Shown here: in pieces, positions 57,001-64,000 of the stretch
Layout of the letters: each line of letters begins with the position of its first letter
How positions within the stretch are numbered: the stretch's first letter is position 1
From: a virus
Length of the DNA: 64,000 bases
Direction: 5' to 3' (one strand)
Virus record (IMG/VR): IMGVR_UViG_3300047284_000202
Span: 1 to 64,000 of that record
The notes under the pieces: generated by a model
Told to the model about the DNA's origin: nothing
Seen by the model: only the letters and a program-made list of their open reading frames with translations
The model's database searches: none
Program-made: the position numbers and the translations under genes

Positions 57001-57039
57001 TCTCAAGCAAATTATGCACCCCAAAATATTGTAGTCTAA
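54025..57039 (+). CDS. Second tape-measure-like protein (paralog)
   Basis: Same architecture; shared SDPF..AQ..LD.ALK.W.EAFG motif. Confidence 0.75.
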   Translation: MATPTDRPAKPKLYKMVSVPKVTGGATIKVGGSTITGGGASMTGIIKAMNSLGATVNSVAIITESIAKQTQRTIATEIRQQSELIRRQERLRKVKAKTDKDKEDRKRKEAQRQRDAESEKKSEAGGKFLVKFTKFATAAAGGFFQGLATLLGGIFKAFVVTAVLDWISKPGNTDKVANIIKGIVGIFKVFQRLLSFGVSSALEGLAKLIENPISFKGLFGAVQFIVGAAILMKGMKWMMNPASLAKDFVSVLSFVAKGIINLKKGVGVYGAIKKLASTRAGKYAMAGAVGVGAGMGSALLGGTKEEAIGTGLGAAAGTIGGEMLGTALGGEAGGKVGAAAGGLLGGLVGGPVGKALKPVTDAIGKFFGLIGQILKPVFDFVMNIGKEFFSAIGDLIQSVVNLLEPHKETLSWIAKGSLFVAFMPLIMLMKGITSLIRLFVPKGSADKGRSDTTKRAIGGPVVVPKMATGGMIGNTVMANPITQQLQQALSNAILLPFKAVGIGLISAMSMVGSVFGAFLPGPMQMLLGSVLAPIASMFGVPNSVFKKVAGFALKGIKNAGQAVVGFANTASDALSDLFDASRGDSVNGLLSKILDAVMKMGGHTTPQASIGGVIPQAAAGGWINGPMSGYPVSLDGGRSTAFIGHGREWVGFKGRAAGGGAGSAFVIPFNTPATVRTPSLTSLRMSQARAGGYALPRSIGGVVPQFATGGEFDPAKYREGIKSSDRVKIRSLDKSYVFGYTVGEDAQVNIKQLNKYTGGFLSNDLVGVQPGSPEWKKVVNSTDAIDWFKSHSVPAIKSSQVKIKVDPQADLGYWYNQAYQTHYNDWKKKGLSHSEASALASKAAKEFAISKKAGSLLPGAKGGSAPADLKNVEVASGGPASGDALSSKTESDPFASAQTTLDEALKKWQEAFGPKTGDQLDKQSQDTKSAQERAQMDATQAAANKLSATATATAANVANAKPQAAGAIPLNSTGERPSSDINPFLRSQFGVVSQANYAPQNIVV

Positions 57040-57040
57040 T

Positions 57041-58504
57041 ATGTTACAGTCACACGGTTATAAATTAGCATCTATTGATATTACTTTGGCTGATAATAAG
57101 CAGTACAATATCAAAGGTATTGTCAGTGAATTTACTATATTTGAAAGTATTGATTCACCAGCAGTTCGTGCAGAATTTCTAATTGCTGATGCTACGGATT
57201 TCATTAGTAGCATTTATGGAAATGAGACGATTGAATTAGAGTTGGCAACTGATTCTGACACAACAGTATCTTATAAGTTGAAGCAAAAGATTTATAAGAT
57301 TGGTTCCAATGTCAAGAATGAAAGAATGCAGATGTATGTCTTACATACTGTAAGTGAGGAGGCAATTAGGAATGAAACCAACAGAGTATTCAAAACTTTT
57401 AAGGGTACTGCTTCAGATACTGTAAGAAAAGTATTAACTGATAATCTTCAAACAAGGAAAAAAGTTATTGTAGAAAATACACAATCTTCTTTCCCATTCA
57501 TTTCCCCTAGCTGGAGACCATTTGATGTGATTTCTTATCTAACCGATAAGTCAGTTAGAGTTGGTAGAGAGAAGATTCAAAGTTCATTCATGTTCTTTGA
57601 GAACAGAGATGGGATACACTTTGAGTCGATTGATTCACTGATCGAAAAATCACAAAACATGGTTCCTAGTGGAAATGTTGTGAAGGGTCTTTTGACAGGT
57701 GATAGATCAAAGGCACAGATGAAGAAATTTGTCTATGCTCAAAAGAATGTTGGATCTCCAGGTAACAACTATTATAATATTCAGAGAGTTACCTATCCAG
57801 ACAAGTATGATGTAATTAACAACCTAAGAACTGGTGTTTTAGGAAACTCAATTATTGGAATTGATTTGCATTCATTTAATGATTCTGCACTTCCAAAAGC
57901 ATCTGCAACGTCTTCATCATCAACTGCAACACCAATTGGACCAGGTGGTGGTAATTATTTTATTGCTTCTAGATCTGCAGACTCATATTGGAAAGAGTTT
58001 TCTCACATTGATAAGAATAATCCATTTGCAGTTTCTTCAAAATCTCTACTGCCAGGTAAAGGACATCGCAAAAGACTAAAGTATATTGCTGGATCTGGTT
58101 TTGCTGATACTAGTCAAGCATCTGTAACACCCAATCAACAGACTGCAAATCAGGCAGCAAAAAATCCAACAACTTCAATATCACCTCTCACCCAAGGTAC
58201 AAATAATAAAGGTGGTGCTGCTATACAACCACAGCAGATTTTAGAATCTGCATTATATTCTCTGATGAGGTATCAGGCAATCAATTTAATTAAGCTAAAT
58301 ATAGTAGTACCTGGGAATGTCGGTGTTACTGTTGGTGATGTAATTGAAGTTGAATTGCCTGCTGCGAATGAGTCTGGTAAATCCCTACCAAAAGAATCAA
58401 CATACAGTGGTTATTATTTAGTTTTAGGAGTTGTACATGTGTGGAGACCAGAGGGTGTTACTACCAATATAGATATCGGTAGGGATAGTGTTAAAGACTA
58501 TTGA
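57041..58504 (+). CDS. Baseplate hub / tail protein
   Basis: IFESIDSP; FFENRDGIHF; VPGN...GDVI...SGYYLV. Confidence 0.75.
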   Translation: MLQSHGYKLASIDITLADNKQYNIKGIVSEFTIFESIDSPAVRAEFLIADATDFISSIYGNETIELELATDSDTTVSYKLKQKIYKIGSNVKNERMQMYVLHTVSEEAIRNETNRVFKTFKGTASDTVRKVLTDNLQTRKKVIVENTQSSFPFISPSWRPFDVISYLTDKSVRVGREKIQSSFMFFENRDGIHFESIDSLIEKSQNMVPSGNVVKGLLTGDRSKAQMKKFVYAQKNVGSPGNNYYNIQRVTYPDKYDVINNLRTGVLGNSIIGIDLHSFNDSALPKASATSSSSTATPIGPGGGNYFIASRSADSYWKEFSHIDKNNPFAVSSKSLLPGKGHRKRLKYIAGSGFADTSQASVTPNQQTANQAAKNPTTSISPLTQGTNNKGGAAIQPQQILESALYSLMRYQAINLIKLNIVVPGNVGVTVGDVIEVELPAANESGKSLPKESTYSGYYLVLGVVHVWRPEGVTTNIDIGRDSVKDY

Positions 58505-58515
58505 GGCATCAAGAA

Positions 58516-58728
58516 ATGAAAAACATAAACGATCATATTCAAAAGGATCAAAACATTTTAGAAGATCCATTAACTTCATCTCAACAGAGAAGACATGTTG
58601 AAGATGAATTGCAATCACTAAAAGCATATAAGGATAGGCATCCAAACGATGATCATGATCCATCTCCTCTAGAACTTTTCTGCGATGAGAATCCAGACGC
58701 AAAGGAGTGCAAGGTATTTGATCTATAG
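58516..58728 (+). CDS. cp12: CP12 Calvin-cycle inhibitor
   Basis: PLELFCDENPDAKECKVFD. Confidence 0.93.
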   Translation: MKNINDHIQKDQNILEDPLTSSQQRRHVEDELQSLKAYKDRHPNDDHDPSPLELFCDENPDAKECKVFDL

Positions 58729-58772
58729 GGATTGACACCCAAACCAAAATTTGCTACAATACTTTCAAATCT

Positions 58773-58844
58773 GGGCAATTAACTCAGCGGTAGAGTGCCT
58801 CCTTTACACGGAGAAGGTCACTGGTTCGAATCCAGTATTGCCCA
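58773..58844 (+). tRNA. tRNA-Val(TAC)
   Basis: Loop ttTACac; TTGACA-17-TACAAT at 58732-58760. Confidence 0.93.
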
Positions 58845-58963
58845 TTGATAGTAGCAAATTTTTTTATGAGAAAGTGACTACTATCAGTAGAGCCCAGGAA
58901 GGTGCCCCCCGAGAGGGGTGGTGGACCCCCCTTCTATTGGGATGTAGAGTTCAATCAAAATTA

Positions 58964-59326
58964 ATGCTTCTTAAAACAGTTTCAATTATTGCTTTTGGTC
59001 TTGTCGGACTGGCACCCGTAACAGCAAAAGCAGCGAGCGGATGTTCCCTCGCATCACATTATGGAATCGGTGATGGATATCATGGGCAGACAACTGCTAA
59101 CGGAGAACGATATAATGCCTATGGGAAATCGGTAGCACATAAGTGGTTGCCATTTGGTACACGGTTGAGAGTGACGAATCAACGAAATGGCAAATCCGTG
59201 ATTGTGCGTGTGAATGATCGTGGTCCTTATGTAGGTGGTAGGGATCTAGATCTATCCTATGGTGCGTTTTCTACTATTGCTTCACCAAGTCAAGGTGTAG
59301 CAAGTATTTGTTACAGTAGAGTTTGA
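58964..59326 (+). CDS. rlpA: RlpA-like lytic transglycosylase (DPBB fold)
   Basis: ASHYG...TANGE...AHKWLPFGT...VRVNDRGP...DLS; signal peptide. Confidence 0.93.
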   Translation: MLLKTVSIIAFGLVGLAPVTAKAASGCSLASHYGIGDGYHGQTTANGERYNAYGKSVAHKWLPFGTRLRVTNQRNGKSVIVRVNDRGPYVGGRDLDLSYGAFSTIASPSQGVASICYSRV

Positions 59327-59331
59327 TTATC

Positions 59332-59363
59332 GGGAGGGAGACCTCCCTTTTTTTGTATAAATA
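59332..59363 (+). promoter_or_regulatory. Terminator followed by a late promoter for gp5
   Basis: GGGAGG-gaga-CCTCCC plus T run, then TATAAATA at 59356-59363. Confidence 0.85.
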
Positions 59364-59390
59364 TTTTGACGTAGTAGTAATAAATTCATA

Positions 59391-61823
59391 ATGTCAATTC
59401 TTAATGTTCCAGGAAAAGTTGACTATGCTGGCAGAGATGGATTTTTCTGGTGGTTAGGGGAAGTTGAGAAAGTTGATCTAGGTGAGCATAGATGTAAAGT
59501 AAGAGTTATCGGATGGTATACGGGTCACCAAGGTATTGACCCAAAGGACGGAACATCTGGTATTAGAAAGGAAGCTGGTTATCTCAAAGATATTCCAACT
59601 GATGATTTGCCTTGGGCATACATCATGCTGCCAAATGACCAGGAAGGTATTCATAATAGTGGCACCAGAGTACAGTTACAAGTAGGTGCTATTGTTATTG
59701 GATTCTTTGCTGATGGTGAGGAAGCACAAATTCCAATTGTACTTGGAAACATCAAAGGATACAAAACAGTTCCAGGTACTGTAGTTGCAGATCCAGAGAA
59801 TAAATTAAACTATCCAGAGAACTCTGCTGCAACTGGCATTACTGATAGAACATCGAAGGATATTGGTAATCCACAAACTACTCCATCAACAGCAAATTCA
59901 CCTGGTGGAGAAACTGGTCCAGGACCATCAAGAGGAGTTCCATCTGTTATTGCTACTGTTGCTCCAGGGCAAACTCAGACTAACCCAACAAAACCACCAA
60001 GTGAAATTAATCCAGTAGCTGATGGCATCATGGGTCCAGCTGGTGCTGGAATGGAGGCAGATCTTAAGAGAATGCTAGTTGATATTGGACAAGCATTTTC
60101 TTCAGTAATTCAAAACGAAAACGGTGAATTCATTTCTATTGTTACTGGTAAAATTGTTAAACTTAATCACTTAATTGATAACGTCAGGGCATTCATCAGT
60201 AGAGCAATCACTGGTATCATGTCCTGGTTGAAAGAAATCATTGCCAAAATTATTCAAACAATTATTGATAAGATTGTTTCCTTAATCTCCACTTTCATTC
60301 CTATTGGTGCAACTGTTGCTATTCTTGAATTAATTGAATTTATTCTCAGTTTGTTCTGTAATTTCGAAGGTGCTTATATTATTGGATATATACGAGGTGC
60401 TTTGGGCAATTTGAATGGATTTATTAATAGTGTTGTCAATAATACTTTCAATAAAGTTGCATCACCAGCAATTGCTCTAGCACAGAAAGCAGAAGAGACT
60501 GTTAATAAAGTAATCGGTCAGATTCAGACTGGATTGAATCAAGCAATTCAGACTGGACAAACTCTAGTGAGTGTAATCAATACAGTTAAAGGTGTAGCAA
60601 AAGTTGCATCTTCATTCAAAGATATTTTTAGAGTTGACTTCACTAAATTAAATTGGACAAGCATTGTTTCAATTATCAAAATGCTTCTCGGTCTTTTGAT
60701 GAAGAAGGATTGTGGTAGAGAAGCAAAGAGTGCTAAACCGAAGTTCTGGTTACCACTTCTAGGATCTACAGAATGTGATGATATTTCTGATGCACTAAAG
60801 AATGATTATAAACTTCCAGCAACTAAATCACAATATACAAAAAGCCCTGGGTCAGTAGTATCAAATTATTTTGATAATTACTATGTTGGGATGGACCCCA
60901 ATTTGATGAACATCACTTCTTATTTGAATGGTGCTTACATTCTAAATGATGCAACTCCAGGAAAAGAAAAGAGAGTCGAACAAGGTCCAGGTGGTGTTAG
61001 TAAATTTGAAGACACTAAAGGTAATATTCACCATGCAGTTCCAAACAATGAAACTAAGATCATTGGTAAGGACTCTTGTGAGACAACCAAAGGACATAAG
61101 ATTCTAACAATTGAAGGTGATCTAACTCTGAAGGTTATGGGTAACTTTAATCTTGAGGTTGGTGGAACAGTCAATAAGCATATCTCTGCTGGTATGGATG
61201 TTGCCAAGGGTGATACCAAGCAACCTAAGTTAGTTACTACAGAAGCAAGTGATAAGAATATTAACCAACAGGGTGACATTACTCTACAGGCACCAAATAT
61301 TAAACTGACTGCAATTTCTACGATTGGATTGAAAGCAGCAACCATCAAGAACGAAGCAGTTACTATTAATAATAGTGCTGATGGTGAGATTCTTAATGAG
61401 TGTGGTTGTGAGACAACCCTAGTGAACAGTCTGCAGACCACTATTATAGCACTATTCAACCCATTAGCACCAGTTACTGGAAGACTCACCTATATGCAGG
61501 GTGCTGATATGACCATCGTACAGGAGAAACTAATTGGTATCCCTGGTGTTCCACCTGTTAAGTTTGATGTGACACTAGGTGTCAAGCAACCAACAGGATT
61601 CATTCGTCTTGCTACTGGTGCTGTGAATGCCTCAAGCATTGATCTATGCCAGGGAGCAACAGCAGCAGCAGGAAGATTCGTTCAGGGTGGTTCTGGTCTC
61701 ATCTGTGATGCTAACAACTCTGGTGGTGGTGCTTCAATCTACCACAATGCTATTGGTATCTTTGCTGCAGGATGTTTGGTTGGTCCTGCTCAATTTTACG
61801 GTTTGCCAATCTTCCTGAACTGA
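59391..61823 (+). CDS. gp5: Baseplate hub / central spike
   Basis: FFWWLGEVE...RCKVRVIGW...LPWA...GFFADGEEAQIPIVLG OB fold; C-terminal beta-helix repeats. Confidence 0.88.
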   Translation: MSILNVPGKVDYAGRDGFFWWLGEVEKVDLGEHRCKVRVIGWYTGHQGIDPKDGTSGIRKEAGYLKDIPTDDLPWAYIMLPNDQEGIHNSGTRVQLQVGAIVIGFFADGEEAQIPIVLGNIKGYKTVPGTVVADPENKLNYPENSAATGITDRTSKDIGNPQTTPSTANSPGGETGPGPSRGVPSVIATVAPGQTQTNPTKPPSEINPVADGIMGPAGAGMEADLKRMLVDIGQAFSSVIQNENGEFISIVTGKIVKLNHLIDNVRAFISRAITGIMSWLKEIIAKIIQTIIDKIVSLISTFIPIGATVAILELIEFILSLFCNFEGAYIIGYIRGALGNLNGFINSVVNNTFNKVASPAIALAQKAEETVNKVIGQIQTGLNQAIQTGQTLVSVINTVKGVAKVASSFKDIFRVDFTKLNWTSIVSIIKMLLGLLMKKDCGREAKSAKPKFWLPLLGSTECDDISDALKNDYKLPATKSQYTKSPGSVVSNYFDNYYVGMDPNLMNITSYLNGAYILNDATPGKEKRVEQGPGGVSKFEDTKGNIHHAVPNNETKIIGKDSCETTKGHKILTIEGDLTLKVMGNFNLEVGGTVNKHISAGMDVAKGDTKQPKLVTTEASDKNINQQGDITLQAPNIKLTAISTIGLKAATIKNEAVTINNSADGEILNECGCETTLVNSLQTTIIALFNPLAPVTGRLTYMQGADMTIVQEKLIGIPGVPPVKFDVTLGVKQPTGFIRLATGAVNASSIDLCQGATAAAGRFVQGGSGLICDANNSGGGASIYHNAIGIFAAGCLVGPAQFYGLPIFLN

Positions 61824-61881
61824 CCCCTTGACAGCCCCCCAGCACCCTGCTACAATAACCTTGTACCCGAGGTCAAGACCC

Positions 61882-62079
61882 ATGGAGCCTAATTCCAATT
61901 CTACCCTTCACCATGTCGTGATAAATATCAAAGAACGAACCATTGAACTACATGGTGATGATGGTGAAGTTAAGATTGAAAAATGTTCTTGGGACGAAAG
62001 GGGTTGCCAACAGTTCGAGAATATGGTAAAATTCTGTCAAGACACACTTCCCCCTGAGATGAGGACTTACGAACTATGA
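61882..62079 (+). CDS. Conserved hypothetical protein
   Basis: GAGG RBS; TTGACA-17-TACAAT at 61828-61856. Confidence 0.7.
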   Translation: MEPNSNSTLHHVVINIKERTIELHGDDGEVKIEKCSWDERGCQQFENMVKFCQDTLPPEMRTYEL

Positions 62080-62336
62080 TGATGACCACTATTACTCCTG
62101 AAGAGCTTGCGGGTAACCTGGGTTTTCTGCTAGAATTGGTACAACGAGGTCACACCTTTAAGATCGTAAAAGAGGGTGCTCGTTCAATTATGTTAACAAG
62201 TATTAATAATCCTATGATTCCAGATGTTGAACCTATTCCTTTGACTGGTGTTCCACCTGCTATGGATCTTGTGCCTGAGACTGAGATCCGTAACTATGTC
62301 CATGAAACTCTTGCGGACATACAAAAAGAGATGTAA
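62076..62336 (+). CDS. Hypothetical protein with a Phd/YefM-like N-terminus
   Basis: TITPEELAGNLGFLLELVQRGHTFKIVKEG. Confidence 0.6.
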   Translation: MMMTTITPEELAGNLGFLLELVQRGHTFKIVKEGARSIMLTSINNPMIPDVEPIPLTGVPPAMDLVPETEIRNYVHETLADIQKEM

Positions 62337-62345
62337 TAATCTCTT

Positions 62346-62417
62346 GGGACTGTTGCTTATTGGTTAAAGCCCACTGCTTATAACGGTGTGAACAGAGTTC
62401 AATTCTCTGCAGTCCTA
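62346..62417 (+). tRNA. tRNA-Ile(TAT)
   Basis: CACTG-ctTATaa-CGGTG. Confidence 0.88.
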
Positions 62418-62422
62418 CCTAT

Positions 62423-62495
62423 GGGAGTGTAGCCCAGCGGAAGAGGCAAACGACTTAAAATCGTTCAAGGGTGGGTTCGAATCCCACCACTCCTA
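62423..62495 (+). tRNA. tRNA-Leu(TAA), short variable loop
   Basis: AACGA-ctTAAaa-TCGTT. Confidence 0.88.
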
Positions 62496-62518
62496 TTGCA
62501 CATATATAATGTGTAAAT

Positions 62519-62592
62519 GCCTGAGTAGCTCAGCTGGATAGAGCAACGGTTTTGTAAACCGTAGGTCGTCGGTTCAAGTCCGACCTTGGGCT
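62519..62592 (+). tRNA. tRNA-Thr(TGT)
   Basis: ACGGT-ttTGTaa-ACCGT. Confidence 0.93.
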
Positions 62593-62646
62593 TTAATGTT
62601 CTACAACTTGTATAAATAAAACTGTATGAAAGGAAGGTAATACTAA

Positions 62647-63978
62647 GTGGCAGTTAAAAGAATATCACAACTTGCTACAATCTCTGATGCGGCTCTCACT
62701 GGAGAAGCAATTCTTCCTGTCGTTGTTTCCGATCCATTACTTCCAAACAGAAAGTCAAAAGTCAGTCAACTCTTTCGTGGAGTTGCTGCAGGATCAAAAA
62801 CAGCACCAGGACTTGCTTTTGACTTAGACCGTGATACGGGATTGTATCAAAATTCGTATAATGAACTTGGAGTTTCATTTGGAACTGCTTCTCTTTATCA
62901 CAGAAAGAATAGCAACAGTGATGGTTCAACTACAGTTATTATTGCAGCTGGTGATTCTGTAGCAACTAACGTTAATGTCCAGTACCAACCACAAGGTGCT
63001 GGATTTTTTACAGTAAATGGTGTTTCTAGATTTACTGATGCAAACTTCTATCTTGTAGACGATACAGATCAGAATAAGAGAGCACAGTTTCAGATTTCTG
63101 GTATCTCTACTGGTGGTGGTATTAAGACTTTTAACTTACCTTCGGTTGGATCTCAAACAGGTACTACATTACTTGGTACTGATACAGCACAGACACTTAC
63201 AAACAAATCAATTGTAATTGTAGATGCTAACTTACAACTTACTGGATCATTAAATGCAAGTAAAATTGCAAAATTTGAAGTTGATAGTTGGGATTCTGTT
63301 GGCACCAAAACTTATAAATTACCTGACCTAGGTGTGAGTGTAATTGAAGCAGTCTTAGTTGATGATAGAACTGTACAATATGTTTCAAATAAATTTTATG
63401 TAAATCCTTTGATTAGTGATACACCATCTAATGATCCCCAAAACCCAACACCATATGTTGCATTAGATAGTGCTAACATTACAGCAAATAGAGTTGCTGT
63501 ATTTCCAGATCAAAACATTGTATTTGTTGGTGAGGATTCAAACCAAGTTTTAACTAACAAAATTTATAGAGGTGCAGTTTTTGCTGACACTACAACTCTA
63601 AGTAAAAGAGTTACTTTTGATCTTTCGAACTATCTGCCACTACAGAATGCTATTGTTGGATTTCCGTCAACAAACCTAAACACTCAAACAACAGAAGTTA
63701 ACTATTTTGTTTGGGAGAGAGCAAGACAAAACCTATATAATAAAACAGCAGTTGGTTTGACAATTGCTAGTCCAACGGCACCTGCTTCTAGACAAGTTGT
63801 AATTGATACGAGTAACTTGACATCTATTCGTAATATTCAATTTCCAGATGCAGATGCTACATTACTTTCTACTAATAACGCAGGATCATTGCAGGGAATT
63901 TCATTCGGTGGTGCCCTTGGTGCCGATTCCTTTGGTGGTAGATTAAGATTACAAACTTATTTTCAGGCAGGATGGTAA
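62647..63978 (+). CDS. Virion structural / fibre-like protein
   Basis: TATAAATA at 62611-62618; APGLAFDLDRDTGLY; repeated QTLTNK-like motifs. Confidence 0.8.
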   Translation: MAVKRISQLATISDAALTGEAILPVVVSDPLLPNRKSKVSQLFRGVAAGSKTAPGLAFDLDRDTGLYQNSYNELGVSFGTASLYHRKNSNSDGSTTVIIAAGDSVATNVNVQYQPQGAGFFTVNGVSRFTDANFYLVDDTDQNKRAQFQISGISTGGGIKTFNLPSVGSQTGTTLLGTDTAQTLTNKSIVIVDANLQLTGSLNASKIAKFEVDSWDSVGTKTYKLPDLGVSVIEAVLVDDRTVQYVSNKFYVNPLISDTPSNDPQNPTPYVALDSANITANRVAVFPDQNIVFVGEDSNQVLTNKIYRGAVFADTTTLSKRVTFDLSNYLPLQNAIVGFPSTNLNTQTTEVNYFVWERARQNLYNKTAVGLTIASPTAPASRQVVIDTSNLTSIRNIQFPDADATLLSTNNAGSLQGISFGGALGADSFGGRLRLQTYFQAGW

Positions 63979-64000
63979 TTAAAAAATGGCAGCAGGAAGA

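Noticed and set aside
58751-58963. N-terminal extension of rlpA in the ORF track
   Set aside because: Runs through tRNA-Val; the signal peptide starts at 58964

Overview
A 64 kb segment of an AT-rich T4-like cyanomyophage (Kyanoviridae type, probably infecting freshwater Synechococcus/Cyanobium). It carries the core replication module (regA tail, gp43, uvsX, gp41, gp61, nrdAB, rnh, thyX, gp33, gp59, gp32) and host-like auxiliary genes (hsp20, mazG, cpeT, hli, petF, psbA, speD, a Som-type porin, glutaredoxin, phoH, cp12, rlpA). It also holds 23 canonical-looking tRNAs plus one tRNA-like RNA, and a baseplate/tail module (gp53, gp48, gp4, gp2, gp54-like, gp26, gp51, two tape-measure-like proteins, gp5). 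Six signals stand out. (1) An HNH endonuclease gene sits inside a manA-like pseudoknotted ncRNA behind tRNA-Arg, with a late promoter and RBS folded into a perfect hairpin. (2) A T_TTT_TTC slippery site would fuse gp26 to gp51 by a -1 frameshift just before the tape-measure genes, like lambda G/GT. (3) Several proteins carry T4-like capsid-targeting N-termini, and two look like polyproteins punctuated by (I/L)xE prohead-protease-like sites. (4) Several unexplained structured RNAs lie between tRNAs. (5) A tandem glutamine (glnA-type) riboswitch precedes DUF4278. (6) Sharply bounded, synonymously GC-rich patches occur inside unrelated genes. All calls come from reading the sequence and recalling family motifs; no searches were run.
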